A stretch of 64,000 bases of DNA from positions 13,052,451 to 13,116,450 of the forward strand of contig NC_134035.1 in NCBI RefSeq assembly GCF_964204645.1. The letters run 5' to 3'. Both the position numbers and the translations under genes were made by a program. This stretch comes from Tubulanus polymorphus (lineage: Eukaryota > Animalia > Nemertea). How positions within the stretch are numbered: position 1 is the first letter of the stretch; every line of letters starts with the position of its first letter. The notes below the pieces were generated by a model, which did not search any database, was not told the DNA's origin, and was given only the letters and a program-made list of their open reading frames with translations. Shown here piece after piece: positions 26,401 through 40,315 of this stretch.

Positions 26401-29400
26401 TGTCTGGTTTTCACTGTTTTTCGGTTCATGTGTTACTCTCTCTCTCTCTCTCTATCTCTGTGTAAATCTCTATATTTCATTTCCTTTCATTTTGCGAACC
26501 ATCTTTCAACCAGTTTTTTGTACGAATCAATACGATAAATAGATATGAAATATAAATGTATTAAATTATGTTTGAAGGAGAAGAAGGTCAGTACAGCGTC
26601 ACTAACCATAGATCCAAACCGACCGAAACAAGTAAAAGTAATCGCTGCCGGACAACATAAACCTAAACCTACCGGTCCTAGTAAGAGTAGGCCCGTTAAA
26701 GCTGATCTTGTAAGTATTACCACCATTTTGGTCCGAATAGGTTTTTCTCTAACAGTTGCTGCAATGGTTCATCGACTGTTCTGAAATTCTGTCGCCGTCT
26801 GGGTTCAGAACTAGGAACACTCGGATTGACAAGAGAGGTTGAATGAATAATCTAAAATATCACGCTCAAAATGCTGATTACAGCGCGTGGTTTGATAACT
26901 GTATGTTCTGTAACCTTTCGATGGTTAAATAAAGGATTTGTGATAGAAAAATATAATAATTCAATAGGGTTAGTCTTGGAAAACAGAGATGCAAATGACG
27001 TAAAGCACTTGATAAACAAGACTGAGACCGCTGCTGCCCTCTGCTGCTGCCCTTTGATATTAATGCGATTTGTCATCATTTTTCAGAATGTCGAAAAAGA
27101 ATTCACAAAATGTCGTGAAGAATGTGCCAAACGTCTTGATCTGAGCAAATCACAAATAACTGTTATTCCTACATCAGTTAGTCAGGTAAAACAAACCCCC
27201 TATAATCACTGACCTCCTGCAACCCTCACTGAACCCCCGCAACCCTCACGGAACCCCCTCCAACCCTCACGGACTCCTTCCCAGGCTGTTTCTGGGGCTT
27301 TTCAATTGAATGAACCCTGGGGGGACACTGAAAATGCTCCACATGAAAACACCAGAACTTTCAGGCTTAAAATCTGAATAACCGGGGGGTCAAAATTTGG
27401 TGTAAACTTCAAAATATCGAAATCAATGTTTTGTTTTTCAGTTAACGCTATTAACGGAATTTTATCTCTATGGTAACCGTATAATCAGTTTACCGTCGGA
27501 GATTGGATTATTAACGAACTTAGAGAAATTAGCGTTGAGCGAGAACTCGCTGACGACACTTCCCGAGTCTTTAGAAAATCTCAAACAGCTTAAAGTTCTC
27601 GATCTTCGACATAACAAACTTAGTGAAGTAAGTATCAACATCAGACAAAACACAGTTCTACAGTTCAGAGTTTACTCTTTGACAAGATACAGTTACACAG
27701 TTATGAGTTAGAGTTAAGATTTGACTTAGACAGAGTGGCCACTGACCCGGAGAACTCAGGGAATCAGAAAAATCTAGAAATAATCTGGGAAAACTAAGGG
27801 AATTTGACAAATTTTACCAAAAAAAACTGGCAAAACTCGTGGAATTTGGATAAGCTCGATTACACGTTTTTGCATCAATACATGATTCATAAAAAATAAA
27901 TGAATTGCTACATTTTAAACAGTTCCACAGTTGTGAGTTTAAAATCTAACTCTTTGAAAATTAACTGATTTTAACTCGTACTGATAATGAATCCACAGAT
28001 CCGTCTAATAATTGATCGATTGTTTTTCGATGATTTCAGATTCCAGATGTAGTGTACAAATTACGTAGTTTGACAACATTATTTTTGAGATTCAATAGAA
28101 TACGAATTGTTGGCAACGGAATTTCAAACTTATCGGTGAGTACGAAATCAAAACGTAACGTTTCTTTCCCGACGGCCCTCAATATTTCAATCCTCATCCT
28201 TGAAGTCAGATCGTAAGACCCAAGCCCGGTTGTATTGACCGGTATTACCTTTAACCCGGGGGTTATTTCAATTGAAAATGCATTAAGTTAGCCCACGGGT
28301 TAAAGGTTAATATACTAGTCTATATAACCGGGCCCCCCATCTTCATTTTAAAGTTATCCTTAAGAATGAATCCTTAGGGATGGTCCTTAACTTAGACCAG
28401 GTTTTATAGAAGTGATCCCGAGGGATAAACATAGTCCCAGGAGCCAGTTGCATAGTCATGGCTTTGACTTAAGAGCAGTCTAAGACCCAATTTAGTTCTA
28501 TTGCCAATCTAACAACTTAAGACCAGTCTTAAGATTTAAGACCACTTTTGGACTTAAGTCACGACTATGCAACTGGCCCCTGCTGGTTATCAAAACCATC
28601 TTTAGGGATGGTCTTTATCTTAGACCAGGTTTTATAGAAGTGATACCGAGGGATAAACATAGTCCCAGGAGCCAGTTGCATAGTCATGGCTTTGACTTAA
28701 GACCAGTCTAAGACCCAATTTAGTTCTATTGCCAATCTAACGACTTAAGAACAGACAACTTTTAGACTTAATACAGTCTGTGCAACTGGCCCCTGTAACA
28801 TAAACTGAGTATTAATTTTCCTGGTTTTGTATTGTAGTTTATGATCTCTTGTTTATATTTTACAGAATCTGACGATGTTGAGTTTACGGGAAAATAAGAT
28901 TAAAGAGCTGCCAACTGGAATCGGAAATCTAATCAACCTATTGACATTCGACGTCTCACATAATCATTTAGAACATTTACCAGAAGGTACAACGTTTATA
29001 TACCGGTATTCATTCATTAAATCAGAGGAAACTTATTGTGGCATTTTTTAGAAATTAAGAGTAGAAACATCACAATCTGTTGAAACAACTGTAACTGTAA
29101 CTCGTTAACTTGCATGGTAGTCAAAATGTATATCTTCTAATTATCTATTATATAGATATATTTTATAGATAATTATAAAGTATAGATTTTGACTATTATC
29201 ATTGAAATCATGTAAAACTCCTATTTCTAAGCAACTGAATCGTAATAAGTTTAAAATCCACTATATACAGAATTTAGACGATTTAAAACGAATTTTTTTT
29301 ATCGAGAATTAAAATGAAAATTCACTACGTTTTGAACTGTCACTAGAGATCATCGTCAGGTGTCACAATTTCATCGTTAATCTCTTAAATTCCGTATATA

Positions 29401-32400
29401 GTAGGTTTTAAACTGATGAACTGTTCTCGACGTTTCAGCGTAACGGACGGGTTATACTACCAACTGAATCATTCGATTCTCGATTCATCACGGACAAGTC
29501 TAGTCCGAGTTGAATCGAAGTCCTCTCAATGACTCCTCTATCCGTCTCTATTATTAATTAGCGTTGACCCGGTTAATTGGAAGTGAGCCAAAACTGACGC
29601 AATCAACCTGGCTGATAGCCATTAATGTGTTCCATAACGGACAAAATCTCGTTTATATTTCGGCCCGGGCTAAAAGGTTTAAACTCAATTTATACGTATA
29701 TGCTGATTTGAATCAGGAGTTGTTGATCATTGAGATTTCAGGGACAGTGTCATGCAAAGGGGATGGTGTCGTTGATTGAGACGTCACTGATCTCATCAAT
29801 TCATCGGTTCAAATCCTGATGGCGACAAGAGTTTCTTGGTTGAAGGTTGGGATACAGAAACGATCGAACCCACTAATAATAATGTCCTCCTACGTGACAC
29901 TCAGCGGGTTGTGGGTATAAAAAAAAATTTGAGACTCATTCACCTTGGACCCGGAGGGAGTTCAGCTGTAACTATGAGTTAACGCAGCTGCTGTCAAAGC
30001 CGCCACAAAATCACAACAATATTCATCCTTGAAATAGAATATTACGATCGATTTCTCCAAGTCACTTCAGCCGCAGGTTAATAAGATAAAAAAACCCACT
30101 ATCTACAGATTAAAAGAATTTAAAAAACAAGAATTTATTTACTCAATAAAAAACATAAAATACACGACGTTTCGATCTCACCCTAGAGATCATCATCAGG
30201 TGATCATCGTCAGGTGTGAGATATAGACTAAAAACAGGGGTATATTATATACAAAGGAGAACAGGTTGATTGAGTAAATTGGTGAGTGAGCAAATAATTA
30301 GTGTTTGGCAAGGCATGAAGTAATATACTTAGAAAGAAGGGAATTGTGCGGAGAAAAGCCATAATAATATCGGTTTTATCGTTCATTTAATCAATCTATC
30401 AAAAGTCATCGGTTAAATCAATAAGGCGATTTGTTATGTTTATTTTCCTTGCAGAAATTGGTAACTGTTACAATTTGAATTCGTTGGATTTGCAACATAA
30501 TGAATTATTAGATATACCTGAAACATTAGGAAACATGAAGTCGTTAACTAGACTCGGGTTAAGGTACAGTTTGTTATCTATTATAAACATGTAAACAGTT
30601 CACTTAAGACGAGAAGATACACAAAATCCGTGTATGATGATAACGAGAGAAATCCCGCAATAACGAAGACAAGATTGAAAAATTCTATATCGGAATGATT
30701 ATATTTGAGGAGCGACGTTTCGGCTAACGACTGTTAGCCATCATCAGGCATACTCTATGCTCATTTGTTAGGACGCTGACTAAGTTCAAAAGTTATCTTT
30801 GTTGAAGAAACAAGAATATCTGAATAATCATGAAGCTCAAAATGTTCGTTTTATTCTAAAATGAAATCCTTCGCCAGTTCTTGAGATGAAATCAACTTTA
30901 TGACTTGTTAAGCGTTTAAAGAAGTAGTGAGTTGATGTGTGGTGTTTATTTCAGGTATAACCAATTAACAACTGTACCGAAATCTTTAAGTAACTGCACG
31001 AACATGGATGAATTTAACGTGGAGGGAAATAATATTTCACAATTACCCGTAAGTAAAAAATCAACGCGAAATGGCTCCTTTATTCTTAAAAAAAAAACAA
31101 CCTCAAACTGATTGTATTTTGTATGTTTAAACCCACTTTATACAGAATTTAAAATATTTATCTATCAAAATTCAAAATCAAAAGCCAATGTTTCGAACTT
31201 TCACTAGAGATCATCGTCAGGGGCCAGTTGCACAGTCATGACTTAAGTCCAAAAGTGGCCTTAAATCTTAAGACTGGTCTTAAGTTATTAGATTAGCTAT
31301 AGAACTAAGTTGGTCTTAGACTGGTCTTAAATCTAAGCCATGACTATGCAACTGGCCCCATGTGTGTTATCACATAACCATCGTCTCTAGTGAGAGTTCG
31401 AAATGTCGTGTCTTTTGATCTTAATTTTTGATGAATAAAATTCTTTTTTAATCTTTGAAATTCTGTATGAAGTGGGTTTTAAATCTGTTCTGGATGTCTC
31501 GAGTGTACAGTCCCGCTATTCTACCATGATTTTATACATGTATTTCTGGTTTATTTTCAGGAGGGTCTTTTATCCAGTTTGACAAATTTAACTAGCATTA
31601 CTTTATCGAGAAATAATTTTACCTCGTACCCGGTCGGCGGTCCTTCTCAATTCTGTTCAGCACATGTAAGTATAAAAGTTATCGACATTCTTACAATTTT
31701 TGACATCGTCCACACTTCACATATCCTCGGGAGGTTCATTGTTGGACAGATCATGATAAGATTTGTTTAGTAAATTACGTGATATGGAATTTGCCAGAAA
31801 ATCAGATGCTGAAAGTATTGATTAATTGGGGACTAAGCTTTTACTTGGCAATATCGAGGAGTGGTGGATAAACCGAGGGCGGATAACCGGGAGTTGTATA
31901 TTGCATATTGTGTATTGTATGTTGTATATTGTGTGTTGTATATTGTATAAGTCAGTTTTGATTTTTCAGTCAATCAACATGGAACACAATCACATCAATA
32001 AAATACCGTTTGGTATTTTTTCACGAGCATCGATTCTGACAAAACTAAACATGAAAGACAACCAATTAACATCGCTACCACTCGGTAACGTTTTTACTGA
32101 TCTTCTCGTGATAATTCGTATTTTCATCGTCGGTCTTGTCTCAGCTTGTCTTGACGCAAGGCCTCTTATTTACCATATTTCATTTTTCATCAGTTCAACT
32201 ATTAGACTATTCCTATTATACAGACATAGGTACTTGGACGAAAATGGTTGAATTGAATCTGGGAACAAATCAATTGACGAAAATTCCCGATGACATCGCG
32301 AACCTACAAGCACTGGAGGTTCTCATTCTTAGTAATAATCTACTGAAGGTGTGTATCATTGTCGATCATTTCAACGATTCAGTAAAATTATGATTAGTTA

Positions 32401-34569
32401 CTTATGACGACCTTCTCATACTCAAAGACTTCAACAATTCTGTAGAAATTTAATGAGTTACTTATGACAACCTTCTCATTCTCAATGACTCCTAATAATT
32501 CAGTAAAATTATGATTAATTATTAATGACGACCTTCTCATACTCAAAGACTTCAACAATTCTGTAGAAATTTGATTAGTTACTTAAGACAGTCTTCTCAT
32601 TGTCAGTGACTTCAATGATTCAGTAAAATTATAATTAGTTATTAATCATCAAGTATTGATTTGTTTATTTCAGAGATTGCCGTCGAGTATTGGAAATTTG
32701 AAGAAGCTGAAACTGTTAGATTTAGAAGAGAATAAACTTGAATCTTTACCGGCGGAAATTCGTTTTTTGAAAGACCTGACCAAACTAGTCGTACAATCCA
32801 ATCAACTCACTTCATTACCCAGAGCTATAGGGTCAGTATCTTCAATCATTCTATATATATACATGTATATATGTACTTGTACATTTATATGTATATGTAG
32901 CAGGGTTAAAAACTTTAAAAATGTTTTTGTTCAAATCTGTGATGTACGTTACAACTTGAACCAGCAGGACCTGGCCATAATGGGCAGATTTTGACTTTAA
33001 CCTTAGGGATAAGTTATTGACTTAACTTAATTGACTTCTATTACTAGAGTGACAGTTAAAACTTACCACACCTGGTCTCAAAGTTGCCACAATTGTTAGT
33101 TGTTATATTTGACTTTTTGATTTTCGTCGTTAACCCGGAGAACAAACGTGGAATCATCGTGAACTTGACTGTATTTCTAACGTGTATTTGTATTACGTAT
33201 TTCAGACATCTTACTAACCTACAGTATCTGGGCGCTGGTGAAAACATTTTAACTTCTTTACCAGATGAAATAGGTTTGTACAATTCAAGAATTCTCTTTC
33301 AGAGTGTCAACCAATTATCCGAAAATCAGGGAAAAAATCAGGGAATTTTCTTTTCGTAAAAAAGTAAGGGAGAATAATCGGGCAATTTTATAAAGATGCT
33401 AAAAATTAGAGAAATTTGGTGAAATTGCTAGATCGCGTATAAAATCAAACAGTTCTACATATTTGACTGTGTGTTAATTGATGCATTCTAAGCAGATCAA
33501 GTCAGGGAGAACAACGTACAGTCAACCCCTGATATACCGCCACCCCCGCCAGGTTTTCTCAATGTATATCTCGATACAAATACATCGTAGAACACCCCGA
33601 TATACCGCCATACTACCTATACCGCCAAAATCATTCCGCGCCGATGTGGGCGATATATCGAGGGTTGACTGTACATGTCGGGGGAAAAGCGAGTAAAATA
33701 AAAGTGGCCGCCCTGTGATTGCACGAGTTCACCTCCATCGCTCACTCGACTGATCTCCATTATTTTCAGGAACTCTAGAATCGTTGGAGTATTTGTATAT
33801 AAACGATAATCAGAATCTACACAGTTTACCGTTCGAGTTAGCGTTGTGCAACAAATTACAGATTATGAGTATAGAAAATTGTCCACTAAGTCAAATTCCA
33901 GCTGAAATAGTGGCAGAAGGACCGTCATTAGTAATCCAGGTAACATTTTATATAGTCTAATTCATTCAACGGTAAACACACTTAACGCTATGACTACTAT
34001 TTGTGAGTTGTTTCTACTGTCTTTAAGAGCTATGACTAACTACTATTTGTGAGTAGTTTCTACTGTCTTTAAGAGCTATGACTAACTACTATTTGTGAGT
34101 TGTTTCTACTCCCTTTAAGAGCTATGACTAACTACTATTTGTGAGTTGTTTCTACTCCCTTTAAGAGCACAGCTACGTAGAACCAACGTTATCAAAATAC
34201 TTTCAAAATCAGAATGATTTCTAATCCATTTTCGATTAGAACTACTATATTTGATGTCAAATTACTCAATTTTGATAAATTATCGGGCACCCTGGTCTGA
34301 TAAAGGGTGCTATTTAAGAGTAGTTTCTTCTCTTTTAGAGCACAGCTACATACAACCAACGTTATCAAAATACTCTCAAAATCAGAATCATTTGTAGTTC
34401 ATTTTCGATAAAACTACTACTTTCTTACTGTGAAATTATTCTTAACTTTGGTGCAAACTACTATAGTCTGAATTCGATGAATTGTCAACAAAAGAGAGGT
34501 TTAAATGAAAAAATTTCAAATATTTGTTTATTTGTTTATTTTCAGTATCTACAGTTACGTTGGCAGTGA
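23457..34569 (+). CDS. SHOC2: Leucine-rich repeat protein SHOC2/soc-2/Sur-8 (632 aa, 15 coding exons)
   Basis: Exons 23457-23753, 26578-26709, 27087-27185, 27442-27627, 28040-28135, 28866-28986, 30455-30563, 30955-31048, 31561-31665, 31970-32084, 32224-32348, 32674-32831, 33206-33273, 33770-33939, 34546-34569. All are GT-AG and phase-consistent (1899 nt). Diagnostic peptides: [78 protein letters not shown]. Confidence 0.95.
24733..25267. mobile_element. Cluster of 4-5 MITE family B copies in both orientations (SHOC2 intron 1)
   Basis: ~140-bp unit ggggccagttgcatagtcatggcttagacttaagacc...cttaagtcacgactatgcaactggcccc with TIRs. Confidence 0.85.
25905..26140. repeat. ~23/24-bp minisatellite
   Basis: cacatacagttagcccctgtggg alternates with cagttagccacttttgga. 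Confidence 0.85.
28224..28335. mobile_element. Small palindromic MITE
   Basis: gcccggttgtattgaccggtattacctttaaccc ... gggttaaaggttaatatactagtctatataaccgggc. Confidence 0.6.
28372..28795. mobile_element. Two MITE family B copies within a ~229-bp tandem duplication
   Basis: MITE B at 28438-28582 and 28667-28794, each preceded by nearly the same ~70-bp flank. Confidence 0.8.
29740..30020 (+). mobile_element. Possible tRNA-derived SINE
   Basis: B-box-like GGTTCAAATCC at ~29806 and an A/C-rich tail (cacaaaatcacaacaa). Only one copy is in the window. Confidence 0.35.
30163..30202 (-). ncRNA. Minimal hammerhead ribozyme motif (Penelope-like retroelement type)
   Basis: Minus strand reads CAC CUGAUGA U GAUCUC-uagggu-GAGAUC GAAAC GUC GUG: complete core, 6-bp helix II and 3-bp helix I. 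Confidence 0.75.
30712..30749 (-). ncRNA. Minimal hammerhead ribozyme motif
   Basis: Minus strand reads GC CUGAUGA U GGCUAAC-aguc-GUUAGCC GAAAC GUC GC: perfect 7-bp helix II and a short helix I. Confidence 0.7.
31127..31483. mobile_element. Penelope-like inverted remnant with degenerate hammerheads, interrupted by MITE B (31219-31359)
   Basis: Ends tttaaacccactttatacagaattt / aaattctgtatgaagtgggttttaaa. A related element lies at ~29250-29412. Confidence 0.55.
33519..33671. mobile_element. Tc1/mariner/pogo-type MITE with TA target duplication, nested in a hAT-like MITE (~33300-33716)
   Basis: TA|CAGTCAACCCCTGATATACCGCC ... GGCGATATATCGAGGGTTGACTG|TA. Confidence 0.8.
33987..34170. repeat. ~49-bp tandem repeat, about 4 copies (last SHOC2 intron)
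   Basis: Unit gctatgactaactactatttgtgagttgtttctactgtctttaaga. Confidence 0.85.
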
Positions 34570-36122
34570 GATGTAAGCGGTAGCGATCACTCACACACTC
34601 ACCTCACTCACCGTATGACGGACGAACGACGGACGTTTGATTTCAACTGCGAGTAGAAAAATAACGAACTACACAAACTGGATTTAATATAAAAAAGAAA
34701 CTCGTTGCGCGAAATGATGAGGAGGATTTAGAACGATACAAAAAAAAATAAACGCGATTTGTTGTTTGCGCGAACGAAACGACTAAATATAAATAAAACC
34801 CTTTATAAAATGGTGCTGAACGATGATTAAATAATTAACAATAGAAAACGCGAAACGCGCCGATTTCCTGGCAAATGTTGCTACGGTAATAAATATGCGT
34901 GTTACGCTGTTGCTAAGCAGTGCGCGGCAGATGACGACGAAGCCATTGTTGGCTTATATTTATAGTTGCGCCACTCTCGACCGGATCAGATGCGATGTAT
35001 TCATTGTGCCGGCGGTCGATGTCCAATTGTCGGTGTGAGCTGCAATGAAATCAGTTGTTTGTTTCACTGTATAAACTGCTGTGATTTGAAGGTAAATGCA
35101 GGGGTCGATTTAGGCGGTATTACACGGGGTTTGGACCTGGCCTGCCTTCGTATTGAGATTCGACTTTTCGTCAGGACAGAGATCGCTTAAACCTAATATT
35201 AACACTCATCCTCTCAGTACAAACTGGATTCCACCTGTACTGTAAAATCACTGTAGTCGTTACTGATGCCACTAAAATATAGCATTATAAAGAATTTGGC
35301 GTTATAAAGAATCATTGGACCGAGCATTTCAAATTTGTTCTATGAAAAATGTTGGGGTTAAGGGAGCAGTGGCATTTAACAGGGGCCGGTCGCTCAAAAG
35401 TTGGTTAGAGTTAACTGGCCCCGGGATGTTATTGTTGGTGATAACAATAATAATTGCTTGTACAGCACTTTTCCATATAAAAGCACGCTCAAAGCGCTCA
35501 TCTCTCGAATAGGCGACGTAAAAACGCCTGAAACGGAAAAGGTGTTATAACGATATTTTTGGTTGAATTTCTTCGAAACACCGAATGCGGAATCCACTAG
35601 CTTTATCCAAGGAACGCCCTTACTTTTATTTGGATACCGCCCGCACCAGTTTTCTTGTCCGCCCCAGAAATGTTGGCTCCGAAGTAAAGTTCTAATAATT
35701 CTTTTTATTTCGATTCCATTGAAAATGAGAAGTTTGTCCTTGTAGAAGCAAATTGATCATTGGTGATTTGCGTAACTGGATGTTCTGAGTAAACAGATTT
35801 GCCCGGTATCGGGTCGGGAGTTGTAACTTAAGTTGAAAATTGATTTCTAATCTTTTAAAGTGTATATTGCTACTGGGTAGAGGTTGAGGCAAGTTGAATA
35901 ATATACCTGGGGAAATGATGGGTAGAAAAACTACTTTGATCTCTAGGAGTAAATAACACTTGATGAATCCGCTAGTACTGAATAGGCAACATTTCCATCT
36001 GATATTTTGTGGTTCAGATAATGTATGTTTGTTAAGGTTAAAGAAGTGATTGTTGACAAGTTTCTCGTAGAAAACTCGACATAAGATCTTACAGGACAGA
36101 ACTGAACTGTTAAATCCCACCT

Positions 36123-36926
36123 TGATCTGTGACTGAACGCGGTGCACTGATCTGTGACTGAATGCGGTGCACTGATCTGTGACTGAACGCGGTGCACTGA
36201 TCTGTGTCTGAACGCGGTGCACTGATCTGTGTCTGAACGCAGTGCACTGATCTGTGACTGAACGCGGTGCACTGATCTGTGACTGAACGCAGAACACTGA
36301 TCTGTGTCTGAACGCAGAACATTGATCTGTGACTGAACGCAGTGCACTGATCTGTGACTGAACGCAGCGCACTGATCTGTGACTGAACGCAGAACATTGA
36401 TCTGTGACTGAACGCAGCGCACTGATCTGTGTCTGAACGCAGAACATTGATCTGTGACTGAACGCAGCGCACTGATCTGTGTCTGAACGCAGAACATTGA
36501 TCTGTGACTGAACGCAGCGCACTGATCTGTGTCTGAACGCAGAACATTGATCTGTGACTGAACGCAGCGCACTGATCTGTGTCTGAACGCAGAACATTGA
36601 TCTGTGACTGAACGCGTTGCACTGATCTGTGACTGAACGCGGTGCACCGATCTGTGTCCGAACGCAGAACATTGATCTGTGACTGAACGCAGTGCACTGA
36701 TCTGTGACTGAACGTAGTGCACTGATCTGTGACTGAACGCGGTGCACTGATCTGTGTCCGAACGCAGAACATTGATCTGTGACTGAACGCAGTGCACTGA
36801 TCTGTGACTGAACACAGTGCACTGATCTGTGACTGAACGCGGTGCACTGATCTGTGTCCGAACGCAGATCATTGATCTGTGACTGAACGCAGTGCACTGA
36901 TCTGTGACTGAATGTAGTGCACTGAA
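36123..36926. repeat. 25-bp minisatellite, about 32 copies
   Basis: Unit tgatctgtgactgaacgcagtgcac with variants. It explains the three overlapping minus-strand ORFs. Confidence 0.95.
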
Positions 36927-38705
36927 CTAGATGTAAAATGAATGTAAAATCGACACATGTCCGATTTTATATATATATATGACAAATATAGATGATAGGA
37001 ATGTGTAAAGCTAATTGATTATCACAATGTCTCGATGGAAATGATAATGATAATGATAATGCGGATGAGGATGATAATGATATTTTTAGTATTAAAAAAA
37101 GTACGAAGAATTATGTATTCATAAAATAGATAAGACTCACAAATAGAAATAAAGATGTAAACATTATTTGTTGTCGCTCTCATCAAATCTGATAAATAAT
37201 TGTATAGCAATTAGTATCGGGGGGGGGGGGGGAATATAATGTATGATAGCGTTAATGCGGGGGATAGCTACTTAAATTGAGGGTATGATTGACGAGGGGG
37301 GCGGGGTTTATTGAACTGATTGACGGGGATCGAGTTCACCTGGGGGTTCGATTGTTTAGTTGGGGGAATGAGTCAATTCCGTGAACCTCGCTTTTCTCAT
37401 ATTGACTACGAACTCTACGGACACCACACAATTACAGTTACATTACATATGATTAAACAATAACACAGTGAAACATATTTCACCAAAATTTAAAACTCAG
37501 TTTGTTTCGGGCGCCGCTACTATCACATGATAAACATTGCTGTTTGTCAATTAAATGTGTTTTGATGATAATGTTGGAGGGAAAGTTTACCAGAATGCTT
37601 TGTGGTTTGTCTTAACTTGTGTTGCTGTCAAACTCGCGTAAGTCATAATTGGAGAAGTCAGTCACATTACTGAAGTCATCTCTATTTTTGAGTCCCGATT
37701 TGTATTTCTTAAGTCAATTTACTTAAAGTGTAAGACATCAACGTAAAGATCCTCACAACAATGACGACTTAAGCGGGTTTCACTGTAGCTTGTATTTGTT
37801 AAGAGTGAAGCATTCAAGGTTAATTAGTGGTCCCAACAAAAGATACAGCATCACAGGGCTTATTGGGGGAGGGAGTTGTTTGAGGGTAAATATATCATTC
37901 GTCGGAAATGACACTGATGCCAATTCGCTATCGGAAAATTTTGTTTATGCAACTTTCTTAATATTATAATGTTGTAAATATAACGATGATGATGAATGAC
38001 GAAAAAAAAAAACTCGTACGGAAAAATGATGTTAGTTGAAACTAGAACTTGAAAACGATGAAGAACTGGGTTTTTAACGATACATATGTGTGTATACGTG
38101 TCTTAGACCAGATTATTAGTTGAAATTCACTTTTTTTTGTTGAAGAAAAACAAAACAAGTTTTTTTTCAAATTGAATCTGAATTCGAGACTTACTATTTC
38201 TGTTCGTTATGTATTCATGGGTAGGTTATATTGAGGTGTACACGTAAGGTTATATTGAGGTGTACACCTAAGGTTATATTGAGGTATATTAATTTTTTGG
38301 TTAACATCGTTGGATTCAATTAACACTGAATTTTCTTTGGTTCTCTTATTATTGGATGAATCCAAAGTTCAGGTTTTACGAGGCGTAGAATTTGTGAACT
38401 TGTTTCAAACTTCTCACACTTTTTCACCTCTTTCAAGTTGGATTTAAATACACGTATCAACCTGCAGCCCTTCAGACAATCTGCAGCCTGGAACCTGCAG
38501 CCCTCATGCATTCACCATTGCAGTGTCAAGTATGGACGATCAGTTTTTTGAAAGTGTACTGATGAAATGTCTAATGTTTGGTATTTGTTGTTCATTTTCG
38601 ATTAAAAATGTCTCTGGTTTAGCTCTGAACACATGTGAAGTGTTGACGATCAGATTTTGAAATACCTAATGTCTGGTGTTTGTAGTTAGTTCAATACTAA
38701 TTGAA

Positions 38706-38833
38706 CATGTAGTTGTGGACACGGTTGACTTAAGTCCAAAAGTGATCTTTAATCTTTAAACTGATCTTACCTTGTTAGATTGGCTATAGAACTATAATGG
38801 CTTTAGACTGGTCCATGTATGTGCAACTGGGCA
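38706..38833. mobile_element. MITE family B, diverged copy
   Basis: gacttaagtccaaaagtg...gttagattggctatagaact...tgtgcaactggg. Confidence 0.65.
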
Positions 38834-39819
38834 CTGAACAGATGTGAAGTTTTGTAGACTCCCGGCTGAGGGGTGTTGACTCCAGGCTGAGGGGTGTTGA
38901 CTCCTGGCTGAGGGGTGAATACTACAGCTAGGTTGAGGGGTGCATACTCCAGGCTGGGGGTGTAGACTCCAGGCTACAGATTGATTATTCAACTGTCTGG
39001 TTCCAGTAGACATGCTACATTTAAAATGAATGTTAAATTGTAATGATAATTATAAATATGGAAATGAATAATAATGAATAATAATAATAATAATGAAATA
39101 ATAATAATTAAGTGCTTGCTTCGATTGAAATAAATATAAATAAAAATCAAGTTTTTGTAAACGTTTTTTCTTCTCAATTTCTTTCTGTTTTAATGATGTA
39201 CGGATGCGATCGGAATCTTTTAGTCTGTGCAATTCATGTATTTTAAAATGGACGCGCCAAATGAGGACGTTAGATCCAGGATGGTGCTATATCTTATAGA
39301 TATGAGGATGTCTGACCCATGACGAGGCTATATTCAGTTATTCAGGGTTGAATATGAGGATGTTTGGTTCAGGATATTTCATGAAGTTGACTTCGATACA
39401 CTATAGACCAGTTTTGAAGATTGGATCCTCTGTTCAGCATACATGAAATACATGTAGTAATGAAATAATGGTAGCCTGAGAGATGAATGAAATATCCTTG
39501 ATGTAAATATATAATGATAGAATATGATAGAAATGTAAAAATAATCATGATGTGAATGTTATAATGATAAGAAAACAATTTTCGTTATTGATGAGAATGT
39601 ATAGAAATAATATTAATAATTATGTGAATAATATTATTATGATAAGAAAATAATTTTTATTGTCTATTGAACTTGAAAAAAAATTAAAAGTTTCATCGTC
39701 ATGTATAGAAATAATATTAAAAAATGATTATGTTATTGATGAACATTATTGTCTTCATTTATTTTCGACTCGAGCTCCAGTCGGTTTCAGTCGGTATTTA
39801 GTAGGAGCCCTCAGAAGTA

Positions 39820-40035
39820 GGTGGCAGCACCATACGGTCCCCTAGCGTGATTTATGCGAACTAATGCAATGCCACGATCTCTCAATCGACTGTAAATCCC
39901 ATTTAAAATTCAAATACGATCGTAAGTACGTATATTGGCTACTATTGATGAACAGGAGTTGACCTACTAGATAAGCGAACACTGGGTATACTAGTTCACA
40001 AAAGTGCCGCCAGGGAACCGTATGGTGCTGCCACC
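39820..40035. mobile_element. MITE with ~28-bp TIR (also at ~43692 and ~47568)
   Basis: GGTGGCAGCACCATACGGTCCCCTAGCG / CGCCAGGGAACCGTATGGTGCTGCCACC. Confidence 0.75.
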
Positions 40036-40315
40036 ATCATACACCAAAATTAAATCTCATTTTTATTGCACACATGTTCGGGCGAGATTCCAGACAGTTG
40101 CAGCTCTAAATCTGCGTCGATCTATGAATCCTCGATTTTTCTTTTGCGCCAAATAATACAAGAACCATCTTCAATTGCAAGGCCTCGTTTCCTACAAGGT
40201 GCTGAGCCACATAATAATTCCAAAAGACCAACAAAACCATGACAACCAAATGACAAATAACACTTATAAATTCCGTAATATTTTTTCATTTATTTATTTC
40301 ATTAGGATAAGAGTT

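Noticed and set aside
35692-36897. 401/309/245-aa minus-strand ORFs
   Set aside because: All three frames are open because a stop-free 25-bp minisatellite cycles through the frames.
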